DNA of 64,000 nucleotides from a virus (Duplodnaviria; Caudoviricetes). Below the pieces are notes generated by a model that was given only the letters and a program-made list of their open reading frames with translations, had not been told where the DNA came from and did no database searches. Made by a program: the position numbers and the translations under genes. Where the stretch lies: IMG/VR virus record IMGVR_UViG_3300009873_000018, positions 2,034-66,033 of that record. One strand, given 5' to 3'. Below, piece by piece: positions 63,706 through 64,000 of the stretch; the first letter of the stretch is position 1; every line of letters begins with the position of its first letter.

Positions 63706-64000
63706 GGAACCTCCTGAGAAAAGATCGGTATTGACGGTAGACACAGGCGCCGTAGGTATCCTCGAAGGCCCCCATGTTCGGCGGATTACGAAGGCTGACC
63801 CCTACGATGAAGACGCCAGCACGACGTGCCGGACTCCCGGCAGCCAGGCGGAAATTGCCGCCCGCCGCGTTCACGAAGAGGGGATCGGTGCTGACATCGC
63901 TGGCGTCCGGGGTGAACCCGACGGCCGCAGAGCCGCCGGATCGATACCAGCAGTTATGATCCTCGGTGAGGGTGCCGCCAGTCACAAACTTTGCCGCGAA
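63698..64000 (-). CDS. C-terminus of a parallel beta-helix/adhesin-like protein (partial)
   Basis: DPLFVNAAGGNFRLAAGSPA...GAFE terminal motif. Confidence 0.7.
   Translation of the reverse strand, partial: FAAKFVTGGTLTEDHNCWYRSGGSAAVGFTPDASDVSTDPLFVNAAGGNFRLAAGSPARRAGVFIVGVSLRNPPNMGAFEDTYGACVYRQYRSFLRRFRG

Noticed and set aside
1-64000. Prophage/integration module, PurZ or 7-deazaguanine pathway, TET/JBP
   Set aside because: No integrase, repressor, PurZ, QueC/FolE/DpdA or 2OG-Fe dioxygenase motifs were seen; they could lie outside the window

Overview
The whole window is the genome of a GC-rich, long-tailed (siphovirus-like) dsDNA phage. It is not complete: the large terminase runs off the left end and a beta-helix/adhesin-like gene runs in from the right. 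Layout: terminase (-, 1-2017); an accessory operon (+, 2.1-11.6 kb) with methyltransferases, heptose-pathway enzymes (GmhA, HldE-type kinase), a CX5R phosphatase and SSB; a ~700 bp non-coding control region followed by an early small-gene module (+, 12.5-17.9 kb; DUF2786, DUF932, many Zn-finger proteins); a replication and nucleotide-modification operon (-, 17.9-36.2 kb; PolA, dCMP deaminase, dCMP-type thymidylate-synthase homologue, dNMP kinase, MazG-like, UDG-like, GT-B glycosyltransferase, C5-methyltransferase-like, UvrD, primase, SNF2 helicase, TPR-GT9); then lysis, tail and head genes (-, 36.4-64 kb). No integrase, reverse transcriptase or true CRISPR array was seen. The SSB tail and one peptidase family hint at a Gemmatimonadota host (inference). 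The three best leads are: (1) at 33.86-34.52 kb, three tracts of strictly 5-bp-periodic GRY-NN pentamers, two closed by an identical 30-bp hairpin, directly behind a Cas7/RAMP-like C-terminal gene remnant, resembling a VIPR-type RNA-guided system but with a GRY rather than GGY scaffold; (2) a cytosine hypermodification pathway with an orphan glycosyltransferase; (3) a phage-borne heptose pathway plus a GT9 transferase, raising the possibility of heptosylated virion proteins or DNA. Also noted: two tRNA-like elements, a structured ~380-nt leader, a duplicated bidirectional promoter module and a MuF-metallopeptidase fusion. All family assignments come from motif recognition by eye; no database searches were run.
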